Of a stretch of DNA of 24,000 nt, positions 16,578 to 24,000 are shown in pieces. This DNA is from Khoudiadiopia massiliensis (GTDB taxonomy: Bacteria; Bacillota; Clostridia; Tissierellales; Peptoniphilaceae): contig OKQS01000001.1 in assembly GCA_900290095.1 (NCBI GenBank), positions 526,431-550,430 on the forward strand, written 5' to 3'. The translations under genes and the position numbers were made by a program. Position 1 is the first letter of the stretch; the number at the start of each line of letters is the position of its first letter. The notes under the pieces were generated by a model that was given only the letters and a program-made list of their open reading frames with translations, ran no database searches and was not told the origin of the DNA.

Positions 16578-18074
16578 TTATCCTCTTCCCATTACCGATA
16601 TTATCTTCTGGAATAGGGGCATAGAATAAAAATCTTTTTTCTTAAGTCCATCCAGATCAGCGGCCTTCCCGGCGTCTATGATCCCCTCCGGCAAATTAAT
16701 GATCTCTTTCTTCTCATTAATCATGGGACTCATCTCTATCTTTTCATCCCTGTACCTGATCGTGATTCTAATATTCGTTGTCCCCTTTTCCTGCCTCTGA
16801 CAGATCAAGGTGGTCGAACTCTGAGCTATGGTATCCAGAATATTGTTTTCCACCTCTTTTACAGACCCGTCCTTCTCTGTCTTTATCTCCTTAAGGCTTA
16901 CGGTGGCCTTGTCCCATTTCGGGACTACAAGATAGTAGTCTTCTCCTATGAGCTCGCTGTTTTCAAAGTTCGGGTTATCCCTGGTTGCCAATAGGAGCCT
17001 GGGATCATCAAAATCGTTGAAAATGTTCTGGCAGGGATCCAATCTGGTCAACACGTCTTCCAATTCTTTCTCCGCATTGGCATAGCCCACATAGACTATC
17101 AATCCTTTGATCTTTTCGTCGTAGGGATCCAGACCCATTGCCCTGGCCATTTTTACGAACTGCGGAGAATAGCCCCTGTCATTAACTTTTTTGGAATAGA
17201 GTTCCAGGGTATTTTGATATAGGCCCGGCCCCCAGCTATAGTAAGCGTTGAAAATGAACATTGGCCTTCCCGTAGGATCCAGATAAAATCTTCTTTCAGG
17301 CACATCCCGACCCTCCCAAATATCTTGCAAAGCCATGCCCTCATAGTGGGTTACATCACCCAGATAGTGGTAATTCTCGGCGTTGTAGTTCCAAACTTCC
17401 ACCATTCTCTGATAATCATAGTCAATGCTTTCTTCCATAAGGTCCATGGCTTCTTCTTTGTCGATTCCTAGATATGTAAGCAGGTCCTCATCTTTGATGA
17501 ATTTCCCGTCATCCAGGGTGAAGTTAAAAACCTTATGTGTGGAGCCGTCTCCGTCTCCGCCGTTCGTATATTGCAGGTGAATGCTAAGAATCTGATCATC
17601 TTCATACACTGAAAATGTGGAACTTATCATTATATAATCAGGATCCAAATCATTCTTGGCAGCATTGTAGGTCTCTTTTAAGAGATTAATTGTTTCCTCA
17701 ATTTGCTTATTGGCCCTTTGAGCATCCTCAGAATCCAGAAGAATTCGTGGAAAATGGACACCGTTAACGAGATTTTTTGCAGCTTTTTCATGTTTGGGCT
17801 CTATGAAGTCCTTCCAGACTTCCCTATCCTCAACGTGGTCAGACATGGACCCTGCTGTTGCACCCTGAACAAGTTTTCCCCTTGCCTTGGCATCCTTTAT
17901 CCCTCCGGCTACAAGCTTAGTGGCTATGCCTGTTGTTGCAGAGACTTGGGAAGTCTGACCTACACCTGATTGGTCCTGACTTTCGGAGCCATCCGAAGTC
18001 TTGCCTTTGCCGCTGCAGGCTACCAAAATTAAGGCCAAGGCCAATATAAGAAGCCTATATTTTCCACTTTTCAT
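16578..18074 (-). CDS. Large lipoprotein of unknown function
   Basis: 498 aa. The lipobox is ILVA-C20 (MKSGKYRLLILALALILVACSGKG), followed by a Ser/Gly/Gln-rich linker. The segment VHFPRILLDSEDAQRANKQIEETI...FNFTLDDGKFIKDEDLL is reminiscent of DUF4163/DUF3298 (RsiV/PdaC-like) domains, at low certainty. AGGAGGG RBS. Confidence 0.7.
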   Translation of the reverse strand: MKSGKYRLLILALALILVACSGKGKTSDGSESQDQSGVGQTSQVSATTGIATKLVAGGIKDAKARGKLVQGATAGSMSDHVEDREVWKDFIEPKHEKAAKNLVNGVHFPRILLDSEDAQRANKQIEETINLLKETYNAAKNDLDPDYIMISSTFSVYEDDQILSIHLQYTNGGDGDGSTHKVFNFTLDDGKFIKDEDLLTYLGIDKEEAMDLMEESIDYDYQRMVEVWNYNAENYHYLGDVTHYEGMALQDIWEGRDVPERRFYLDPTGRPMFIFNAYYSWGPGLYQNTLELYSKKVNDRGYSPQFVKMARAMGLDPYDEKIKGLIVYVGYANAEKELEDVLTRLDPCQNIFNDFDDPRLLLATRDNPNFENSELIGEDYYLVVPKWDKATVSLKEIKTEKDGSVKEVENNILDTIAQSSTTLICQRQEKGTTNIRITIRYRDEKIEMSPMINEKKEIINLPEGIIDAGKAADLDGLKKKDFYSMPLFQKIISVMGRG

Positions 18075-18090
18075 GGCAAACCCTCCTGAC

Positions 18091-19284
18091 CTATAGACCT
18101 AAAAGATCGTGTTTAGCCTTATCGAACTCCTCTTGGGAAATAACTCCCGCATCCAACAGTTTTTTCATCTTAATTAATTTATCTGTAGGATCTTCCTGTG
18201 TCTGATTCGCTTGCCCGGCACCGAAATTCGGATTATAGGTGCTGTCTGTACCTTCCTGCTGAAGACCGCCCATCATTCCTCCGGCTGCATTCATTCCCAG
18301 ACCCATAAAGGCCATACCGGCTCCGCCGCCACCATTTTCTCCTGCTGCCTGCATGCCTCTGGCAACTGACTGCTGCAAAAAAGCATTGCCACGTCTGCCT
18401 GAAAGGGCATCGGCTTTTTTAACATCGGACATAAGAAGCTTGGTGTCTTCGTCATATTCTATGGCAAGGATTGCCGTTTTTACTATTGCCAAGCCCCTGT
18501 CGGACCTCCACTGATAGGCATCTTCCACCGCTGTTGTCAGAGATTGGGCAAAGCCTATTTGATCCCCCTGTATCCTGCTCATGCGGTTCCCCTTGGACGG
18601 ATCATTGGTATAGTTCGAAAATGCGGCTGACAAGCTTCCCACAACTTCGTTAAATAGCTGCTCACCCGCAGGATTGTCCATATCGCCAAAGTCGAAGACC
18701 GGTGCGTTTTGAATAATATATTTTTGCGGGACGAAGTTTTTAACAAAGAGAAGAGGGTCCACAATCTTCAAAGTATAGGTTCCTCTGGTTACCGCCCCTA
18801 CCTGGGTTCCGAAAAATGCGTCGTCCCAATAGATCTCACTTTGGGTTCCAAATCGGTTGTTTGGAATCTCCTTTAAATTGACATAGAAGGCCAGTTGCTG
18901 GGATCCGGGTTGGCCTCCGAATTTTATTTTCTCCCAGGTTGACTTTATAATTGACGCATTTAGGCCATTTCCTTCAAATATACTTTGGGAATTAACATCA
19001 TCTGATGTAAATATAAAGCCTCCGGGTTCAGCCACTATTCCCGTAATAGCCCCGTCCTGCATGGTGATAAGGGCTGTTCCCTCAGGAACTATGATCTTGC
19101 TTCCGTTGCTTATAATATTGTTATTTCCCTTGGTATTTTCTCCCCTGCCATTATTCTGGCCTTGGGCCATAGCCGGAAAAACTCCGGCTGTGGCGGAAAG
19201 CCCATCTTGAGGTAGGTAAAAATCTTTCCATTGATCGGCAAAGGTCCCTGAGAGAGCCCCTGCAAACGCTTTAATAAATCCCAT
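18091..19284 (-). CDS. SPFH/Band-7 superfamily protein of the YdjI type (COG4260, 'virion core protein-like') with a C-terminal SHOCT domain
   Basis: 397 aa. The N-terminus MGFIKAFAGALSGTFADQWKDFY is characteristic of this family. It has a Gly/Met-rich linker (GGGGAGMAFMGLGMNAAGGMMGGL). The C-terminal DKLIKMKKLLDAGVISQEEFDKAKHDLLG matches the SHOCT consensus. GGAGG RBS. Confidence 0.75.
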   Translation of the reverse strand: MGFIKAFAGALSGTFADQWKDFYLPQDGLSATAGVFPAMAQGQNNGRGENTKGNNNIISNGSKIIVPEGTALITMQDGAITGIVAEPGGFIFTSDDVNSQSIFEGNGLNASIIKSTWEKIKFGGQPGSQQLAFYVNLKEIPNNRFGTQSEIYWDDAFFGTQVGAVTRGTYTLKIVDPLLFVKNFVPQKYIIQNAPVFDFGDMDNPAGEQLFNEVVGSLSAAFSNYTNDPSKGNRMSRIQGDQIGFAQSLTTAVEDAYQWRSDRGLAIVKTAILAIEYDEDTKLLMSDVKKADALSGRRGNAFLQQSVARGMQAAGENGGGGAGMAFMGLGMNAAGGMMGGLQQEGTDSTYNPNFGAGQANQTQEDPTDKLIKMKKLLDAGVISQEEFDKAKHDLLGL

Positions 19285-19313
19285 CTCGACCTCCTAATTT
19301 TTATCCTAATTTT

Positions 19314-19685
19314 TTAGTTAACCGCTTTAGGTAATTTGACAAACATAAATATTGTGGCTGCAAAGAGAAGAACGCTTGATGCCAGCAAGAGGTAGAATCC
19401 GTATGTTACAAATTCTTTAAATTCTCCCAATGAGCTGTACCGATAAATTGCCAATGACAGGTTTAAGCCTGCAAAAATAAGGGCGGGGATTCTTTTCTTG
19501 AATATGGTTGTGACTATTGTCAAAACTGCAAGACATATTAATATAACTCCGGGCCCGACTCCGCTTTCAGACTCTAATAAATTTGCCGAAATTCCGAAAA
19601 GTTCAACTGCTGGCAGAACTGTGGAAATACAAACCAGCAGGGCAAATATGATGACAAGAATTTGACTAACATGCATTTTTTTCAT
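19314..19685 (-). CDS. Hypothetical 4-TM small membrane protein
   Basis: 123 aa with four hydrophobic segments (ILVIIFALLVCISTVL, GVILICLAVLTIVTTIF, ALIFAGLNLSLAIY, FYLLLASSVLLFAATIFMFV). AAGGAGG RBS. Confidence 0.65.
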   Translation of the reverse strand: MKKMHVSQILVIIFALLVCISTVLPAVELFGISANLLESESGVGPGVILICLAVLTIVTTIFKKRIPALIFAGLNLSLAIYRYSSLGEFKEFVTYGFYLLLASSVLLFAATIFMFVKLPKAVN

Positions 19686-19745
19686 GATTTCCTCCTTATT
19701 TTTATTTTTTAATTATGTAGGTATTACAATTCCTATTAAAATTTT

Positions 19746-21284
19746 TTATTTGGTCGTTTTTTCCTCGTCCATCTCCTCCAATCTTTTTTTAGCCTCCAAG
19801 GCTTCATCAAGCACGCCCCTATCCATCGCTTCCTTTAAATGATCGTCTTCACTTAAATCCACACGATTTCCTTTGAGCATGGTGCTGTTTTCGCCCCACA
19901 TTCTCGCAGTGCTGAGACCATATTTGCTGGTCTCAAAATCGTCCTCTTGTATGAGATTGGAAATTTCATGTTTGGTTTCCAGCTCATAGTGGTGCCTTTC
20001 ATTTGAATTGCGGTATCTCAAGTACATTACTATGTAAAAAACAAATCCTGACAGCAGAAGGACATAGAACCACTGCCTTGAACTTTGAAAATCCGTGCCC
20101 CGGTACCTGTCCATAGCCGCTATCATGTTAATGACAAAGGCTGCAAGGCCTCCGAAGATCTCGACCAGGACTGCGAATAAGAAGAGCTTGGTGAAGTTGA
20201 TTGGTACACTTCCCATGGTTTCACTGGTTCTTGCATTTACCGCCACATAGTGGAGGAGGTTCTTCTTCCCCTTATTTTCCATGTAGCTGTAGAGCCAGAC
20301 CGGAAGATAAGCCGACTTCCATGAATCACCTTTAACTGTGTAGTCTTCGTCCTCCCACTTTACCCCCCTGTCGTACCGGGTCAGAGTGTCCTGGGCGGCA
20401 AGTCTTGCCACATCCGAGCTTTGAACGTCGACGACTTTCTTGAGTTTTTTAATATTTGTGTCTCTCTTTTCAGAAGTGTAGCCTTTCAGGTAATTTGCGT
20501 TGAAATTGACACAATTTTCAGTATCGAAGGGCATAATTGCGTTTATAACATTTGTTGTCTTTGTCTTTGATGTGTAGTCCAATTTGTCGGTGCTCGACTC
20601 TATCGAAAGGTCGTCAATGTAGATGTCAAACTCCCTTTTTATCCTGTAAACATCGGCATCGTATTCAAAGTGCTTATTCTTGCCCTCACCAACTTCCCGG
20701 CAATCCGTTTGAATCTCGCCTTTGCCTTCAAGTCTCATATGTCCGTTGATATCGACCAGCATGTAGGGTATGTAAACGCCGCAAATATTTTCTGTGCTGA
20801 ATTCCCTGGTGAACTTGGGATGGGCGAAGAATTTCCTCTTATTTACAAAATCCGAAATCTTTTCCTTGGCATCTTCTCTTGTAATCTTGAAAGGCAAAAT
20901 CACATCCGGTACAGCCCCGTTTGGAATTTGATTGTTCAAAGACAGGGTATTCCTGCACCAATGGCACCTTGCCTGGGTTGTGGTCTTCGTGTCAATTACA
21001 ACTTCAGCCCCGCAGCTTTCGCATTTGAGCGTTATCAGGTCTTCGCTGTTGTCGTCAATGTCCTGGGCCCCGGATCTTATGCTGGTTCCTTCGAGGGTGC
21101 TGATATCCTGATCCTCGGGGGCTAAATCAGGTTCAAATTCATGGCGGCAAAAGTTGCACCTGAGCTTGCCCGTCTTTGTGTTTGTTTCAATGTCGGTCGA
21201 TCCGCACTTCGGGCATTTGATCTGCCCGTCTTTTAGACCCCCTTCATTTTCTATAACTTTAAAATCTTTATTTTCTTCGCTCAT
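19746..21284 (-). CDS. Double zinc-ribbon, 2-TM membrane protein of the YdjG type
   Basis: 512 aa. Two CxxC-x15-CxxC ribbons are present (C24/27/43/46 and C88/91/107/110). The conserved core is VILPFKITREDAKEKISDFV...GVYIPYMLVD...YLPVWLYSY...VNARTSETMGSVP. Two TMs lie at ~365-390 and ~405-424, followed by an acidic helical tail. GGAGGTG RBS. Confidence 0.7.
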   Translation of the reverse strand: MSEENKDFKVIENEGGLKDGQIKCPKCGSTDIETNTKTGKLRCNFCRHEFEPDLAPEDQDISTLEGTSIRSGAQDIDDNSEDLITLKCESCGAEVVIDTKTTTQARCHWCRNTLSLNNQIPNGAVPDVILPFKITREDAKEKISDFVNKRKFFAHPKFTREFSTENICGVYIPYMLVDINGHMRLEGKGEIQTDCREVGEGKNKHFEYDADVYRIKREFDIYIDDLSIESSTDKLDYTSKTKTTNVINAIMPFDTENCVNFNANYLKGYTSEKRDTNIKKLKKVVDVQSSDVARLAAQDTLTRYDRGVKWEDEDYTVKGDSWKSAYLPVWLYSYMENKGKKNLLHYVAVNARTSETMGSVPINFTKLFLFAVLVEIFGGLAAFVINMIAAMDRYRGTDFQSSRQWFYVLLLSGFVFYIVMYLRYRNSNERHHYELETKHEISNLIQEDDFETSKYGLSTARMWGENSTMLKGNRVDLSEDDHLKEAMDRGVLDEALEAKKRLEEMDEEKTTK

Positions 21285-21428
21285 AATTCACCTCCAAAAG
21301 ATTTTCCTCTTTCCGGCTAAAGATACGCCTTGCTTATCCAACTCAATTTAATCACGGTATATATAGAAAATAAATTGTCCTAAGGTTCATCTTTTGGCCA
21401 TTTTTGCAAAATAGACCTTTGGTCTATA

Positions 21429-21469
21429 TAAAAAACAGCCACAATTTAGGCCTCCTAAACTGTGACTGT
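21429..21469 (-). terminator. Intrinsic terminator of the LuxR-type regulator gene
   Basis: A 15-bp stem forms between 21435-21449 and 21455-21469. Its two mismatches on the plus strand become G-U pairs on the minus strand, so the stem is complete only in the minus-strand RNA. A T-run follows on the minus strand (complement of 21430-21434). Confidence 0.8.
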
Positions 21470-21503
21470 TTCAACATTTGTCAATAAAGATCAATTTTAA
21501 ATT

Positions 21504-23108
21504 TTAAATTTTCTTATTATTCTTGTTATTACTTTCATTTTTACCGATAATATTATCGATCATTCCACAACCTTTTATCATATCCAGATATAGGAGCAGC
21601 TCTCCCCTGGAAGACACATTGAGCTTTTTATATATCTTCAAGATGTGGTGTTTGGCAGTGCTTTTGCTCACAAAAAGCAAATCGGGCAAGTCATCCATAT
21701 TGTGGCCTTGTATGAGCAGGGATAGAACATTCATCTCAGCAGGAGTCAGATCTTCCGTAGCTTCTATGAAATTCTTGAATTTATTGGCAAGGTAAACCGG
21801 CACCCCGTCAAAATTATCGGTTTTCATATTCTTTCTTAGATTTTTGATCAATTCATTAATTTCATAAAACCTGAATTTTTCAACATCATAGCCCCCATTA
21901 GGATCTAAAATATTATCCTGATTCCCAATCATCTCCAAACTTTCTGTGATAGGCGTTATATATCTCTTTGTAAAAATTAAGCCTCCGCTTATAGAAAAGA
22001 ATAGAAACACGATGACAGTAATTACAAGGCTGATAAGATTTTCAAACAGGTCCCTATTAAAGTCACTCTTTGGCACCATGACGACCAACATGGACCTGTT
22101 GCCATTTTTTAAGAGGGGGATTTCTCTGGTCACCCCCAGATAGGTGTTGTCCTTACTAATAAATTCCACCAAGTTTGATCCCTGTTTTTTTATGGTCAAA
22201 GTGCTTTTCGGCAGGTAGTAATAGCCGCTATCTGTTCCGCTGCTCAAGGTCAGTGAAGGGTCGATTTTTCCGTCCTTATTCGCTACCGGAAGAAAAAGTG
22301 TTGTAAGTTTGTCCAATTTGCTTGGCTGTGACAGCTTCTCCTTGAAATACATCTGCTCGACTTCGAAACCGCAGATCCCATAAAAGCTTCCATCCTTGCC
22401 TATGATTGGCAGGGTTATAAGCATTATTCTCTGATCTGTCCCGGGCAAGGTAAAAACCGGGGTTATATTATATGACTCATAAAGGGGAGCGTCTCCTTTG
22501 TTCAAATGCAAATAATTTGGTATTTGTGAGATGTCATATTCCAACTTCCATTTTCTGTGGGGCATTGAATTGTGCTTTTTTGCAACCTCTACATCCCCTC
22601 TGTAAACTATAATTGAAGAGTCTTTCAGGCTCCTGGTATCCAGCTTAATGTAAAGGCCGCTCCTGAATTCTCCTTCCCTATTAACCTTTGAATTGACGGT
22701 TGTATTCCACAATACAAAAGCTCCGGAAGCGTCGGCATTGAACATGCTGTTTTTCAGGTCTTCAAATATTGAGTCCTGAATTTTGGCCAGGGCTTTCCGA
22801 TTATCCTTCAATTTCTCAAAACTTATATTTTCTTTCTCCATAAGGTCTTCCAGTTTTGACCCGGAAGTTTTGGAAAGGTCCATGGCGGAAATTGCAGATT
22901 TGCTGAAGTATCCCTTGATCTCTTTTTTCATTATGGACAACTGCATATCGAAATTCTTGACATAATCTTTTCTGACACTTTTAAATTGGCCAAAGAGGGC
23001 CATAGCCACAAGAATATATATGAGCAGTAAACCTGCAAACAAAATCAAATATTCAAACAGCTTCCTATACATGGAATTTTTTTTACGCTTTTTTAATACG
23101 TCAAACAA
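21504..23108 (-). CDS. Membrane-anchored one-component regulator: TM, ~315-aa extracytoplasmic (Cache-like) sensor domain, TM, then a LuxR/FixJ-type HTH
   Basis: 534 aa with a TTG start at 23108 and AGGAG 7 nt upstream. TM1 is at ~17-39 and TM2 at ~358-380. The C-terminal LTPAEMNVLSLLIQGHNMDDLPDLLFVSKSTAKHHILKIYKKLNVSSRGELL is a LuxR-type HTH. There is no receiver domain. Confidence 0.8.
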   Translation of the reverse strand: MFDVLKKRKKNSMYRKLFEYLILFAGLLLIYILVAMALFGQFKSVRKDYVKNFDMQLSIMKKEIKGYFSKSAISAMDLSKTSGSKLEDLMEKENISFEKLKDNRKALAKIQDSIFEDLKNSMFNADASGAFVLWNTTVNSKVNREGEFRSGLYIKLDTRSLKDSSIIVYRGDVEVAKKHNSMPHRKWKLEYDISQIPNYLHLNKGDAPLYESYNITPVFTLPGTDQRIMLITLPIIGKDGSFYGICGFEVEQMYFKEKLSQPSKLDKLTTLFLPVANKDGKIDPSLTLSSGTDSGYYYLPKSTLTIKKQGSNLVEFISKDNTYLGVTREIPLLKNGNRSMLVVMVPKSDFNRDLFENLISLVITVIVFLFFSISGGLIFTKRYITPITESLEMIGNQDNILDPNGGYDVEKFRFYEINELIKNLRKNMKTDNFDGVPVYLANKFKNFIEATEDLTPAEMNVLSLLIQGHNMDDLPDLLFVSKSTAKHHILKIYKKLNVSSRGELLLYLDMIKGCGMIDNIIGKNESNNKNNKKI

Positions 23109-23129
23109 GAGAATTCTCCTATTTATATT

Positions 23130-24000
23130 TTAATTTTCCAGCCCCCGCCTGCATTCTTCGACAAGCTTCCCGGCATTCTCTCCTTGCATATATCTGTCTT
23201 CCCAATTCTTTTGATTCTTTCTGATAAAATCGTAAAATTTCAGCACCTTATCATAGTTGTATGTTTCCGGTAAAAAAGAATATGTTTTTCTCATCTCGGC
23301 CAGGGCTTCATATAGCTGCTTATAGCTGTCATTCTTAAATTTGAAGTCTGAAATTTTCTCAAAGGCTTCTTTTCTTACGGGCATATAGCCGGCTTCCGTG
23401 ACAAATTTTAAATTTCTCTCACCTTCGGTGATCCACTTTGCAAAAATTGTTGCAGCCTTGGCCTTTTCCTCTGTTGTTTTGTATGCACAAAGTCCCGTCC
23501 CTGCCAAGGTGTCAACATCTTTTCCGGGATTTTTTGTGGGCAAAGGAAGGACCTTTAAGTTCATGGCTTCTGAAGTGTTGTCCGGATAGGTTACCGTATC
23601 GTTGTAATATAGGACGGCGGCACTGGAGCTTATCCCTGCCATAGTCTCACCGGTCATCATTTGTGTATTAGCATAGAGATCTGATACTACAATATTACCC
23701 TTTACCAGGCTTGACAGAAAAGCATCCAATTCCGTGTGAAAAGCCTGATTGTCAGTGTCATACCAACCTACATCATTGTGAAGTTTGTTATCGGGATTTG
23801 CTGACAAGCAGGCAAGTTCGGCTTCCCTGAGCAAATAGTCCAGGGCACAGAAGGGCTTGCCTCCGGACCAGGTATGGAAGATTTCCGCTGCATCAAAGAA
23901 ACCTTCCCAACTTTTCAGTTGGTCATAAGTCACGCCTGTGGCTTCTGAGAATCTGTCAAACATGCTTCCATTTATATAGAGCATATGAGTGGATTTTGAA
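23130..24000 (-). CDS. ABC-type extracellular solute-binding protein, family 1 (N-terminus outside the window)
   Basis: The frame stays open to the window edge (...SKSTHMLYINGSMFDRF...), so the track's M at 23984 is internal. The C-terminal two-thirds look like a sugar-type SBP (LAGTGLCAYKTTEEKAKAATIFAKWITEGERNLKFVTEAGYMPVRKEAF). No permease or ATPase gene lies downstream. Confidence 0.7.
   Translation of the reverse strand, partial: SKSTHMLYINGSMFDRFSEATGVTYDQLKSWEGFFDAAEIFHTWSGGKPFCALDYLLREAELACLSANPDNKLHNDVGWYDTDNQAFHTELDAFLSSLVKGNIVVSDLYANTQMMTGETMAGISSSAAVLYYNDTVTYPDNTSEAMNLKVLPLPTKNPGKDVDTLAGTGLCAYKTTEEKAKAATIFAKWITEGERNLKFVTEAGYMPVRKEAFEKISDFKFKNDSYKQLYEALAEMRKTYSFLPETYNYDKVLKFYDFIRKNQKNWEDRYMQGENAGKLVEECRRGLEN

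Noticed and set aside
17153-18764. Small same-strand or antisense ORFs inside the lipoprotein and SPFH genes (17153-17344, 17703-17969, 18471-18653, 18579-18764)
   Set aside because: They are embedded in longer, better-supported CDSs in other frames and have no RBSs.
1-24000. Search by eye for CRISPR repeats, tRNA/rRNA genes, IS elements, integrases, toxin-antitoxin pairs and known defence-system signatures
   Set aside because: I found no regularly spaced direct repeats, no cloverleaf-like or rRNA-like segments, no transposase or recombinase motifs, and no nuclease, ATPase or helicase genes. A computational scan (tRNAscan, Rfam, ISfinder, DefenseFinder/PADLOC) is still needed for certainty.

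Overview
This 24 kb window is coded almost entirely on the minus strand. It comes from a moderate-GC Firmicute (about 45% GC in backbone genes, by my spot counts), probably Clostridia/Tissierellia-like. Supporting signs are AGGAGG-type RBSs, CWB2 wall-anchoring repeats, and a Bacillus-like rpsT ... lepA-hemW-hrcA backbone. The housekeeping backbone is rpsT, two tandem type I signal peptidases, lepA, hemW and hrcA, the last with a textbook sigma-A promoter plus CIRCE operator. Two accessory blocks stand out. (i) A ~6 kb glucuronide cassette with no regulator gene sits between hemW and hrcA: a GH2 beta-glucuronidase, a GH3 glycosidase and a GPH symporter. (ii) An ~8 kb six-gene envelope operon is bracketed by terminators. 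It encodes a double-zinc-ribbon/2-TM YdjG-like protein, a 4-TM protein, an SPFH (YdjI-like) protein ending in SHOCT, two lipoproteins, and a GC-rich beta-helix surface protein with three CWB2 repeats. It has no PspA partner. Just upstream lie an orphan solute-binding protein gene and a membrane-anchored sensor/LuxR one-component regulator. Block (ii) is my best candidate for an undescribed system. Smaller oddities are a signal peptidase with a ~200-aa acidic N-terminal extension, an orphan helical 136-aa protein, and a very AT-rich self-contained membrane-protein gene. I saw no rRNA, tRNA, CRISPR array, transposase or integrase. All homology statements come from motif recognition by eye, not from searches.
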